Source: Heteronotia binoei (taxonomy: Eukaryota). From it: DNA of 64,000 nucleotides. Positions 25,905 through 36,384 of this stretch are shown here, piece by piece. A program made the position numbers and the translations under genes. The notes beneath the pieces are model-generated. The model did not search any database. It worked only from the letters and a program-made list of their open reading frames with translations, and was not told the DNA's origin. Where the stretch lies: the NCBI RefSeq assembly GCF_032191835.1, contig NC_083243.1:67270001-67334000 (forward strand), given 5' to 3'. Position 1 is the stretch's first letter; every line of letters begins with the position of its first letter.

Positions 25905-26180
25905 NNNNNNNNNNNNNNNNNNNNNNNNNNNNNNNNNNNNNNNNNNNNNNNNNNNNNNNNNNNNNNNNNNNNNNNNNNNNNNNNNNNNNNNNNNNNNNNN
26001 NNNNNNNNNNNNNNNNNNNNNNNNNNNNNNNNNNNNNNNNNNNNNNNNNNNNNNNNNNNNNNNNNNNNNNNNNNNNNNNNNNNNNNNNNNNNNNNNNNNN
26101 NNNNNNNNNNNNNNNNNNNNNNNNNNNNNNNNNNNNNNNNNNNNNNNNNNNNNNNNNNNNNNNNNNNNNNNNNNNNNNNN
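25905..26180. other. Assembly gap (276 N)
   Basis: N run; ORFs spanning it are artefacts. Confidence 1.
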
Positions 26181-26801
26181 AAGTTTGGCAGATTAGTTAC
26201 AAAAGAATAAAGATTACTTTAAAATTATCTGAACTGAGACATAAGTTCTTAAAATGTAAATTTATTTGTTTTATAGCAATATAGTTTATCTTCAAGGTGA
26301 GTCATACGTAAGCAGAGTTTTTTTTTCTTTGCTGCCTTTTTTTACACATGCATATCTGTTGGTGAGGAGTATGCATATACTGAGGGGGTGAGAGATCAGT
26401 AATGAATGATGAAGAACTGTATATATAGCATAATCACTTGATACAAGGCTATGCATTTTTTCTTAGTAAGATCACAAAAATGATTTCCAGTTGTGCAGTA
26501 AACACAGGTCTCTTGCTAATGCAGTCAACAAATATAGCTTCTAGGCAACAGCACGTATGTCAGGGCACAATAAGCTAGATTTTCAGGCAGGAAACTATAT
26601 AAAAGGCAGAAATATCAATGACAGGGCTCTACTTATCAAAGCATATCAGTAGACTAATCCTTAGTAAATAGGAAGGTGGTATATTTGTGTCCAAGCAACA
26701 ATTTATTCTAGCAAAAAACAAAGCCTATACATATAGGTAAATACTTATTTGGGGTGGTGCTATCAATATATAGAGTGTGTAGGATTTATAAGATTTGTAA
26801 G

Positions 26802-27310
26802 ATTTGTTTTTGTGTTAAGTGCCATCAAGTTGCTTCTGATTTTTGGTGAATCTATTAATTGAATCTATCTTTAACAGTCTTGCTCAAGTCTTGCAAACTG
26901 AACGTCTTTACTTAATTGGTTAAATCAATCCATCTTGTGTTGGGTCTTCCTTTTTCCCTGTTACCTTCAACTTTCTCTAGCATTGTGGTCTTTTCCAGTG
27001 ACTCTTGTCTTTTCAGAATGTGCCCACAGAACGATAGCCTCAGTTTAACCATTTTAGCTTCTATGAAGAGGTCAGGCTTGATTTGATCTAGAACCCACTT
27101 ATTTATATTTTTGGTGATGCATGGTATCTGTAATATTCTTCAATATTGCATTTCAAATGAATCAACCTTCTTCCAGTTAGCTTTCTAACTTTCAGTTCCA
27201 TATGTAATAGGGAATACTATGGTATTAATTATCTTTATCTTGGTCACCAGTGACACTTCCCTACACAAAAATCTTTTCTAGTTTCTTTTGCATTCTTTTA
27301 TGTCAATAAC
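26802..27310 (-). mobile_element. Old RTE/BovB-like LINE 3' fragment
   Basis: Same architecture as the BovB 3' end at 42271 (ATCCATCTTGTGTTGGGTCTTCC...GTGGTCTTTTCCAGTGA) but more diverged. Confidence 0.7.
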
Positions 27311-28682
27311 AATGTCCTTTCACCCTAAGTCCAATTACATTATTAAGAATACTGCTATTCTCATCATATGGTTTTCAAAGTAAGAGATGATCAGAAGTGC
27401 TTTACCATTGCCACCTTCTGCACAGTACTGACCAAAATTAGCAGAAGTGGCACTGCCATTGTTTATTAAAGATCTTCCACCAGCATCACCTTCCACTACT
27501 GCTGCTGTGCACTAACTACACTTCAAAGATTCCTCCACCTCCATCACCATTTGAACTGTTCTCTTTTGCTGATGCAGCCATTAATTCCTTAAGGGGGTGG
27601 ATGCATCTGAGTCTGTTGTCTTGAGTGAGCCTGCCAGGAGTTCAACCTCTTGACAAGATCTAATCTCCTTACAATATTGCTCTCAACTTTGTTGACACAC
27701 ACAAACCCCCTCATCAAGTTAAGGGGTGCATCCAAAAGGCGGTTGTAACCTTTGCTGGGTAGTAAATAGTAACAAACCAAGCTGCTATATTTGCATTTCC
27801 TAAGGCTGATAAACTCAAGTTGAGGCACATGCACAATTTCACTGACATTTTCAATGAAATTATCAATAATCTGTGTGGTAATGGTGGAATGGCATTTAGA
27901 TCCCCCTGATCAATGCTGTCTCATTCATTGACAATCATATGGGGTGGTGTATCTGAAGCTGCTCAGTAAGCTACTTCAGCTTTGAAAGTTTATGCATGCA
28001 GTTCCTTATGTGATTAAGAATTTGCACTTAGAATTCCATAGGGTTTCAGCTTCCTTTTCAAGCCATGAAGGTCTTGCTTTTTCAAGCTTTTTCAATGACA
28101 TTGAGCCAGATCTTTGCCCTATTTTGACTGTCATTAAGGGGGGGGGGATCAGAAATTTCATTAGCCATCACTTGTCCTTCCAGTCATTGAAATATCATTA
28201 ATAACATCTAGGGCTGTCAAACCATTAATGAATTTTAATTGATTCACCATTTGCCTTTCCATTAATTAATTAATTTACCAATTCAATTAACTAATTGTCT
28301 GATACGTTCAAATAAATATGCATACTAAAAACATGAAATAAGTTACAATTTAATAAACAAAAGTTACCACTCATGCTAAGAATTAAAGAGAGGTCATCTT
28401 TAACAGGAGTGGTTTTCATAACCTGGTATGAAATGTAAGTGTTGGTCTGTTGACTGATAATTGGATCTCAGAAAATAATGTCCATTGATAGAATTTCCAT
28501 CTGTGGAGGATGGCTCCTGCTTTGTATGTAGTCCCCAAAGGCCTAAGAAAGTTTTTGGTAAATGAGTTTTTCGTAAATGAGAGCACTCTCAGGAGCAGCT
28601 CAAGGACTGCAATGGTAGGGGAGATTTTATGAATATAACTTTCCCTTCCTTCAAATAGAAATGTTCCATATGATCAAAATAA

Positions 28683-28875
28683 GTGTTATTAAAATCACAG
28701 AGTTGGAAAGGACCTCCAGGGTCATCTAGTCCAACCTCCTGCACAATGCAGGAACTTCACAAATACCTCGCTCACACACATGCATCCTCAGTGACTCCTG
28801 CTGTATGGGCAGAACATGGGAAAGACCTCCAGGATCCCTTGCCAAACTGGCCTGGAGAAAAAATGCTGACTTACT
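28683..28875 (-). mobile_element. CR1 LINE 3' end (continues at 32385-32570)
   Basis: AGAGTTGGAAAGGACCTCCAGGGTCATCTAGTCCAAC is the reverse complement of the CR1 tail seen on + at 42925-42980. Confidence 0.8.
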
Positions 28876-29740
28876 TGTTGTGTATGCGGACCAAAGTGAA
28901 GACTTATCTGTGTGTTCCTGCTGGGTTCATTGGAGCCATAAGGACTGAGCTTGGGAACTCGGGAACAATGGGCAGCAGGATCCAAATCCCTGCTGCCCTG
29001 CTCCACTTACGGGGCCCCTGCTGGTTTGAATGATCCAATAACGTGCTTGTACAGGAACCCTGAGTTGTACGTAGTTGGCCCTGTGGGCCCAGTTAGCCAG
29101 TCTTTTGAGTTCAGCCCTATACTGTGCTGTACCTTAGTGGTTCCCAACCTCTGGGCCCCAGACCGATGCCAATCCATGGCCCATCAGCAACCAGACCACC
29201 AGCCTCACTGCCTCCCCATGGCGCCCTGCAGCCTCTCACCCCCCCCCCATGTCACCTCCGCCTCCCTCCGTTTTTATGATATTAAGCCGGGGAAAGAGCT
29301 TTCTGGACTCTTTAAAAGCTCACCCCCACCCCCACGGATCAGCTGATCCTGAGGGAAAACAGTGGCAGCAGTGGGGAGTGACCACTGAACAAGTGGCACT
29401 GCCCTTGCCTCCGGAGGCAAGGGCAGCGCCGCTTGTTCAGAGGATTGCTCGCTGCTGCCGCCACGGAGAGGGGGTGAGCTAGAGCCCTGTAGGCGCTTTC
29501 CCTGTTTAACATCATAAAAATAGAGGGGGGAGGAGGCGCTGCAAAGGGGGCAGGGTGGTGAGGATGCATGGTGTGGGGGGAGGCCAAATTCAGTTTCCCC
29601 ACCCTGCTAGCCCTGGGGCCGCAGTGGGTGGGCCGGCAGGTCCCTGGTGCCAAAAAGGTTGGAAACCACTGCTGTACCTAATAAAGAGCTATGATCACTA
29701 CCACCTCGCCTCTTCCTTGTGTTGAACCCACTATATTATA
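28876..29740 (+). mobile_element. 5' LTR of a Ty3/Gypsy element, split by a MITE
   Basis: Starts TGTTGTG; AATAAA at about 29680; followed by a degenerate PBS-like segment and gag. The right boundary is approximate. Confidence 0.65.
29135..29671. mobile_element. Charlie/Buster-type hAT MITE
   Basis: TIRs TAGTGGTTCCCAACCT / AGGTTGGAAACCACTG; perfect TSD CTGTACCT at 29127-29134 and 29672-29679. Confidence 0.93.
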
Positions 29741-32380
29741 GTGATGATGAGAATGGGATCTGGATGAGTGAAGCCCAGGACCAACAGGCATCGACCAAGC
29801 TCCAGCGCCGCTGTGCAACTGACACCAACACCCAGCCCAACCATGGCTGCTGCTCCCAGAATGCACGGCTACATCCGGGTGTTCAACCCAGACCACCTCA
29901 AAGACTTGGACACCTGGGAGAAGTGGCTGATCTACTTCATCCGGTACTATAAGATCACCGATGAAGACCAGAAGTCGCTCCTGCTCAGCATCTGCGGTAT
30001 AGCAACCTTGCAGTTGGCTGAGGGCTTCATCTCTCCTGCCACACTCAAGGATGCCATGTACAAGGCGATAGTGGAGAAGCTAACCAACCACCTTTTGTCC
30101 AAGCCAACACTCACAACCAGATGCATTGAATTTTACAAGTGGAACCAGAGGCCATGGGACACTGCCACTGTTTTCCTTGTGGAGCTCCGCCTCCTGACCC
30201 TACATTGTGCATTCTTGAACCTTGAAGGAGCCCTACTTGATCTTTTCATTACCGGCCCCCAGGATGAAAAGATGCAGCGAAAGCTGGCGATCCACAAGGA
30301 CCTCACATTAACTAAAGCATTCAGTGATGATGACGCTTACGAGAAATCACACAAGAAGAGACTCATGATCGGGGTACACCAGGCCGCCATTGCATCTGCC
30401 TCAGAGGACTCCGATGGCGACGACACCCTCAAACTTAACCATGCGGCTTCGAAGCACCTGTCACCATGTGCCACTGAAACAGCGCTTGCCTGAGAGTGTG
30501 CCAGCTGTGGGGAGCCCTACGAGCACTGCTCCTGCAAATTCCAGGATGCTGTTTGCAACCAGTGCAGAAAGACAGGCCATCTGGCACAAGTTTGCCATTC
30601 CAGATCAACCCACCAGTCATCAAGGGGAGCAACGAAGTGACAAAATGGCGGACCCCATGAGGTCAGCATTGTAGAGGAACTGCACTCCCTCACAGCAATG
30701 ACCAGTCAGGTATGCCAACTTTCTATTCCCTCCCCAGAAAAACTTAAAACCACAGTCCAAATAGAGGGTGCTCCATGCAAAATGCAAATAGTCTCAGAGG
30801 CCACCTATACAGTCATCTTGGCCCAGACTCTCAGACAACTGTGCCTTGGGGGACCCCAGCTGCACCATTCCCAGTCATTGTCCAGGACTTCCAGAAGCAG
30901 GAAATTGCCATACTAGGGGTCGGGCTTTTCTGGGTAATTTACAGACAGTTGTCAGGAACTCTACCCTTGCTAGTGGTGGATGGGAAGCTTTGTAGCTTAT
31001 TAGGCCGGGCTTGGTTTGGTCCCTTGGGAATTCGGGTGACGGGAATCCACCAGACCCCCACAAGCATGAATTTTCAGCAAATTTATGGGGAGTTCCCATC
31101 CATGTTTGATAGGAACCTAGGGACTTATACGGGTTCCCCAGTAGCATTGCAGCTTAGCCCCAACATGCAGCCCATATGGCTGAAGGCCCAGTGCATCCCC
31201 TTTGCCTTGAAACTGCCTCGTGGCGCAAGGGGTTTTGAAGCCGGTCGCCAATGTACATTGGGATACACCCATAGTCACCCCAGTAAAGTCCGATGTCTAT
31301 GTTTGCATCTGTACAGACTATAAATGCACCTTTAACAGGGCACTATAGGACCATGCCCACATGGTCCCAGTGGTCAGCCACGTTTTGGAATCACTGGCAG
31401 GGGCTAAAATCTTTGGCAAGTTGGACTTGGCCCAGGCCTATCAGCTGCTCCCAGTAGATGTTGCCACAGTCAAGGCACAAATGATTGTAACATACAGGGG
31501 CGTTTTCAAAGTCAAGCACCTTCTGTTTGGGATCAGCGTGGCTCCGGGGGATTTCCAGAACTTAATGGACTGTCTTTTAAAAGGTATCCCTGATTATATG
31601 CTGATCACTGCCGCCACTGAGGAGGAGTTTACCTTCCACTTCTGCGCTTTGCTCCAGCATTTTGACTCCACGGGCCTGAAGGTCAAAAAGAAAAAGTGCC
31701 TCCTGGGGGTCCCAAAAATAGACTTCCTGGGCTACCCGGTGGATGCTGGCAGCTTCCACCCTTCTCAGGAGAAGGTCAGGGCCATCTGTGACTCACCAGC
31801 CCCCACAAACAAGGAGGAGCTGCAAGTCTTTCTCAGCCTCTTGAACTTTTACCACACCTTCCTACCCCACAAGGCAGCCATGGCTGAGCCTTTCCACAGC
31901 CTTCTGAACAAGAGGGCTCTGTGGGTTTGGGGCCGCCAGCAAGCCACTGCCTTCCAGGCGGCAAAGGATCTCATCACCTCCAACAGTTTGCAGGCACATT
32001 TCAATGAGCAGCTGCCTGTCATTTTGACCTGTGATACCTCTCCATATGGGGTGGGAGCAGTCCTAGCGCACGTGCTGCCTGACAGCTGAGAGGTCCCAGT
32101 GGCTTACTATTCCAGGTCCCTACAGAAATTGGAGTGCAACTATGCACAGATTGTTAAGGAGGGTCTGGCCATGGTAGCGGGAGTCAAGATGTTTCATAAT
32201 TACCTTTATGGCCAGCCCTTCACCCTCCTCATGGACCATAAACCCTTCCTGGCCTCTTTGCCTCCTACTGCCAAATGCCCCAAATGCTGTCACCGTCTTG
32301 CAGTGGTCCATCTTCCTAGCAGGGAACCAATACGCCCTCCAATACCACCCGGGGAAGGCAATGGGTCACACAATGGGCCA
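29741..32380 (+). mobile_element. Decayed Ty3/Gypsy (Mag-like) gag-pol, truncated after RNase H
   Basis: Gag (LLLSICG...ELRLLTLHCAF...KDLTLTKA), Cys/His knuckles CASCGEPYEHCSC and CNQCRKTGHLAQVC, degenerate protease (IEGAPCKMQIVSEAT), RT (KLDLAQAYQ, GISVAPGDFQ, FLGY) and RNase H (CDTSPYGVGAVL, KEGLA, DHKP). No integrase or 3' LTR. Confidence 0.92.
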
Positions 32381-32384
32381 ATGG

Positions 32385-32570
32385 GCTAAACATACCCAGC
32401 TCCCTCAACATAGGTGTTGGTTTCTAAACCCCTCACCATTTTCATTGCCCACTCTGGACATGTTCCAGTTTATCTATATCCTTCCTAAATTCCACTGCCC
32501 AAAACTGAACACAGTACTCTAGGTGAGGTCTAACCAGAGCACAGTAAAATGATACCATTAGTTTTACAAA
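32385..32570 (-). mobile_element. CR1 LINE internal fragment
   Basis: CTCTGGACATGTTCCAG...AACTGAACACAGTACTCTAGGTGAGGTCTAACCAGAGC matches the typical minus-strand CR1 RT 3' region. Confidence 0.75.
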
Positions 32571-33190
32571 TGGATGACTTCTCCTAAAGTCCAACACAAC
32601 CATTTGGTTTCAGAAGGCAGGGGCAGTCTTATTCAAAGGGCAGTAGGGGCAGACACTCCAGGATCAAGAACTGAGGGGCAAAAAACCACCTGAGTGGCTG
32701 CTGTCACCACCCACCTGCATAATATGGGGCTCAGGAAGTTGGCTTCCAGTGGCAGTACTGGCCCTTGTCCACCTCAAATGGTTAAGAGCCACCCCTTGCT
32801 TAGCCCCGGCAATGGGGACCAAGCAGTGGAGTAGAGGTGATTCTGGGGTCTCGTTTTGGACTTTTAGCCAGAACCCCAGAATCAATATGACAGCCCCAGG
32901 AATAATACATTTCTCAAAAATCGGGGAATTAATAAAAAAGTAGCTAAAAATGGAGGATAAAAAGGATTAGTTTTCCTCAGGATGCCTGAAAATAATTTAC
33001 ATCCACTATAATGGGGAAAATGCGGAAAGTGGGAATAAAAAATAATCAAGTGATTGTTTCCTCTGCAAGAAAAAAGCTAAGGGGCTTTGAAAGAAAAGAC
33101 AGGGAAGGTAAAATAGAGGGATATGAAATTAGCCATGAAGTAGAGATAGTAGACTGTAAGTTTTTCTCACTTTCCCATAACCCTAGAACT

Positions 33191-33728
33191 TAGGGTTGCC
33201 AAACCCCAGATGGGGCAGGGGATCCCTGGGCTTGGAAGCCCTCCCCCTGCTTCAGGGTCATCAGAAAGCGGAGGGGGGGAATGTTTGCTGGACACTCCAT
33301 TATTCCCTATGCAGACTGATTCCCTGGATAGGGTATAATGGAGAATTGATCCACAGGTATCTGGGGCTCTGGGTAAAATGCTTTTTGAGGTAGAGGCACC
33401 AAATTTTCAGCATAACATCCAGGACCTCTCCCCAGAATACCCTACAAGTTTCAAAAAAGATTGGACCAAGGGATCCAATTCTATGAGCCCCCAAAGTAAG
33501 TGCCCCTATCCTTCATTATTTCCAATGGAGGGAAGGCATTTAAAAGGTGTGCAGTCCTTTTAGATGTGATGGCCAGAACTCCCTTTGGATTTCAATTATG
33601 CTTGTCACAACCTTACTCCTGGCTCCACCCCCAATGTCTCCTGGCTCCACCCCCCCCCCCCCAAAAAAGTCTCCTGGCTCCATCCCCAAAGTCCCCAGAT
33701 ATTTCTTGAATTTGATTTGGCAACTGTA
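33191..33728. mobile_element. hAT MITE (TAGGGTTGCCA family, long form)
   Basis: Perfect TSD CTAGAACT at 33183-33190 and 33729-33736; homologous to 52332-52815. Confidence 0.92.
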
Positions 33729-34039
33729 CTAGAACTTGTAGGTACCCAGTGAAGTTGACAGGCAGTAAGAATAAACAAAAATAGTCTTCACTCAATGAAG
33801 AATGAACTTCCAGAATTTACTGACACAGAATGTAGTGCAGGCCACTTGTTAAGGTATTAAACAAATTCATAGGGGATAGACCCATCAAAGGGTAAGGGAT
33901 TATCAAAAGCTGTTAGACATGGTATGAAATTTTCATGTTCAGTTGTAGCAACTCAATACCAGTATGGGAGGCAGAATCTGGAGGGGAGGCTTGTCTTCCT
34001 TTACCTATGTGTAGCCATTCTGGAGGCCAGCAGAAGTGT

Positions 34040-34720
34040 CTAGGGGAGTGAATTCTTAAAAGTCCTTAGGGCAAGTCCTGCCTGGGAAAGCATCAGCCAC
34101 TGTTCATTGCTGAACAATCTCTCCTCTTGTCCAATGCTGGCCTCCATGGCCAACTCACGCAGGGTATGCTTCAGTTCTGTAAGTTGCTTGAACATAATGT
34201 AATCAGGGTTTTAGCAGGTGATCATGTTGCTGAACATGCAATGCTCTAACATGCCAACCTGCATCTGCTTCTCAAGCAACAGACTGCTGGTTTTCGCACA
34301 GTGTGATCTCCTCTTAGGTCTCTAGCAGATGCCACAGTCCAGCATTCTAGCTGGGCTTCTCCAAGGAACCCAAACCAAGAGCATCTGTTACCACTTGGTT
34401 AAGGAAGTGGACTGTGCAACAAATTTCCTCCTAGTCCATAATGCCCATAACTGCCTTAATGTTGGCACCACTGTCAGTCATCATTAAGTTCTTGATCAGA
34501 GGATTGCCTACCCAGTCCTCTAACTGCTGCTGGAAGGCACTTGAGACAATGGCCACAGTGTACTCTATGTCCACAATCTGGCTGTGGAGCAAGGCCAGTG
34601 TGTAGCTGACCAGATGGCTCTTTTCCTCCTTCTCAGCATTGCTCTGCTGTTTACCCACAGCTTCTTAGGATTGTCACTGCTACACAGACAGTGAAAGGCA
34701 TGCATGCTGCAATTTGAATC
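34040..34720 (-). pseudogene. Decayed hAT (Ac-type) transposase fragment
   Basis: Minus-strand TLALLH...QQQLEDW...MMTDSGANIKA (first catalytic D region), then LLEKQMQVG and FSNEQWLMLSQ; many stops. Confidence 0.7.
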
Positions 34721-35697
34721 TGGTCCAGAAGTCCTTTCCCCAGCTTAGAATAGCTGTAACTTCACAAACTCCTTGGCAGCTCAGTAGAAGGATAGCATCA
34801 TGGCCCTGCTTAATATAATGAGAGCAGGACTATGTACCAAGGAAATACGAACTGGAGCAGCCTACAGAACCCAAGGTCCTGAGCTATGGATAATGGACTT
34901 CTATCCAAGGATATCACCAATCAGGCAAGCAACCTTCTGCACTCCCTGCTTCTGCTGCTTCTGCTGCTTCTGCTGCTCCTTTGGCATCCTAGTTACAGTA
35001 CCAAACAGATGTTTTATGCCTCTTGCATGGAGACCTGGAGAACAGAGAGGGTAATGGAATGACCCCCCCCTTTACTGCATGGCCACTCCAACACCACCTC
35101 TCTCCCCTTGAAGAAGCACAGCCTGGTGGTGCTTTCTCAAATGGTTCCTGAGCCTGGATAGCAGATGAATAAGGTCTCTTCCATGATCAACCCTTGCCCT
35201 ACACACCTGGGTGTTTATATCTTCTGGAAATACAGAGTTTGTGGAGCACCCACATTGGCAGCTGTGAGTGTATGATCCTCCTCTGCAGAACAGATTGGGG
35301 GAAAACCCTTGCTGCTCAGGGGTGCCAGCAGAAAGAGAGAATGGGTTCAGATTGCAGGAGCATTTTCTGGGAAGTGGTTGACCAAGGTCCCTCTGAAACC
35401 CCTCTGATTCCTCCTCTTTGCCAAAGAGGATTGCCTCATTAGCCAGATCCAGCTCTGCTTATGTTTCTCTGAGATCAGATCAGAATTGCCTCATTCCACT
35501 CACCCTGTTTCCCAGGAAATGGAACAGGGGGAAAAAACCAAAGCAGGAAGGGAGGGCTCTGATATTCTCAAAATAATTCCCCCAAACATTCAGTAGTTAA
35601 TTTTGGAATCCCAACTATTTTGGTATTGAAATGCCTCGGTCTGTTCGACATATCTGCAAGCCAAAATAAAACACGAAATTTCAGAAATAATTATGGC

Positions 35698-35815
35698 CAG
35701 GGCTTTTTTTGTAGAAAAAGCAAGCATAAACTCATTAGTATATTAGGCCACACCCCCAATGCTAAGCCAGCTGGAGTTGCATTCCTATGTGTTCCTGCTA
35801 AAAAAAAGCGCCTTG
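35698..35815. mobile_element. hAT MITE (CAGGGCTTTTTT family, short)
   Basis: Perfect TSD ATTATGGC at 35690-35697 and 35816-35823. Confidence 0.9.
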
Positions 35816-36091
35816 ATTATGGCTCAGAAATATCTGAATGCATACCCCTATCTATTAATCAGTTAACTGTTGATGTAAGCATTGACTTTAGATTAAGTAC
35901 CTAGATCTCATGTACATTTTAAAAAATGCTGATTGCTGACTGGTTGCATTTGAATGTCTATTGTAATTCTTATTTGTCCCAGAAAATGCCCCAAATATTC
36001 TTCAAATACAAGATATCCTGAAACCATTTGTTGCAATGAAACTGGTGATTACAAGTCATTTGGATGTAACATAAAGTGTGTTATGCCCTAA

Positions 36092-36270
36092 CCAATGCTC
36101 CTTCTAAGCTGTGGAGTCTTGTGAGCAAAAATTCTACTTTGTAAACTACTGGCATTAAAATTGTGAACTGCTGCATAAATTAGTTTGCTCTGAGGCCATT
36201 TTTTTTGAGCTAATACAAAAATGTGTGAGCTGGAGGTTAAAAAAATGTGAGCTAGCTCATACTAATTCTG
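36092..36270. mobile_element. hAT MITE fragment (family of 3027-3232, inverted)
   Basis: GGAGTCTTGTGAGCAAAAATTCTACTTTG is the reverse complement of a segment in 3180-3212. Confidence 0.8.
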
Positions 36271-36384
36271 CAGTCATACCATATGCTGTACTCTGCCCTG
36301 AGCCCTATGGGGAATGGGCAGAATAGAAATATACTAAAATAAATAAATAAATAATTCAGTTTAGCAGGAGCACTGGCTGTAACT

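Noticed and set aside
25890-26210. ORFs of X residues
   Set aside because: Artefact of the N gap.
27330-28200. Stretch that looks like decayed coding sequence on the minus strand, next to a TAGGGCTGTCAAAC hAT-like end at about 28208
   Set aside because: Short open pieces in several frames with no motif I can assign; a blastx or HMM search is needed before calling anything.
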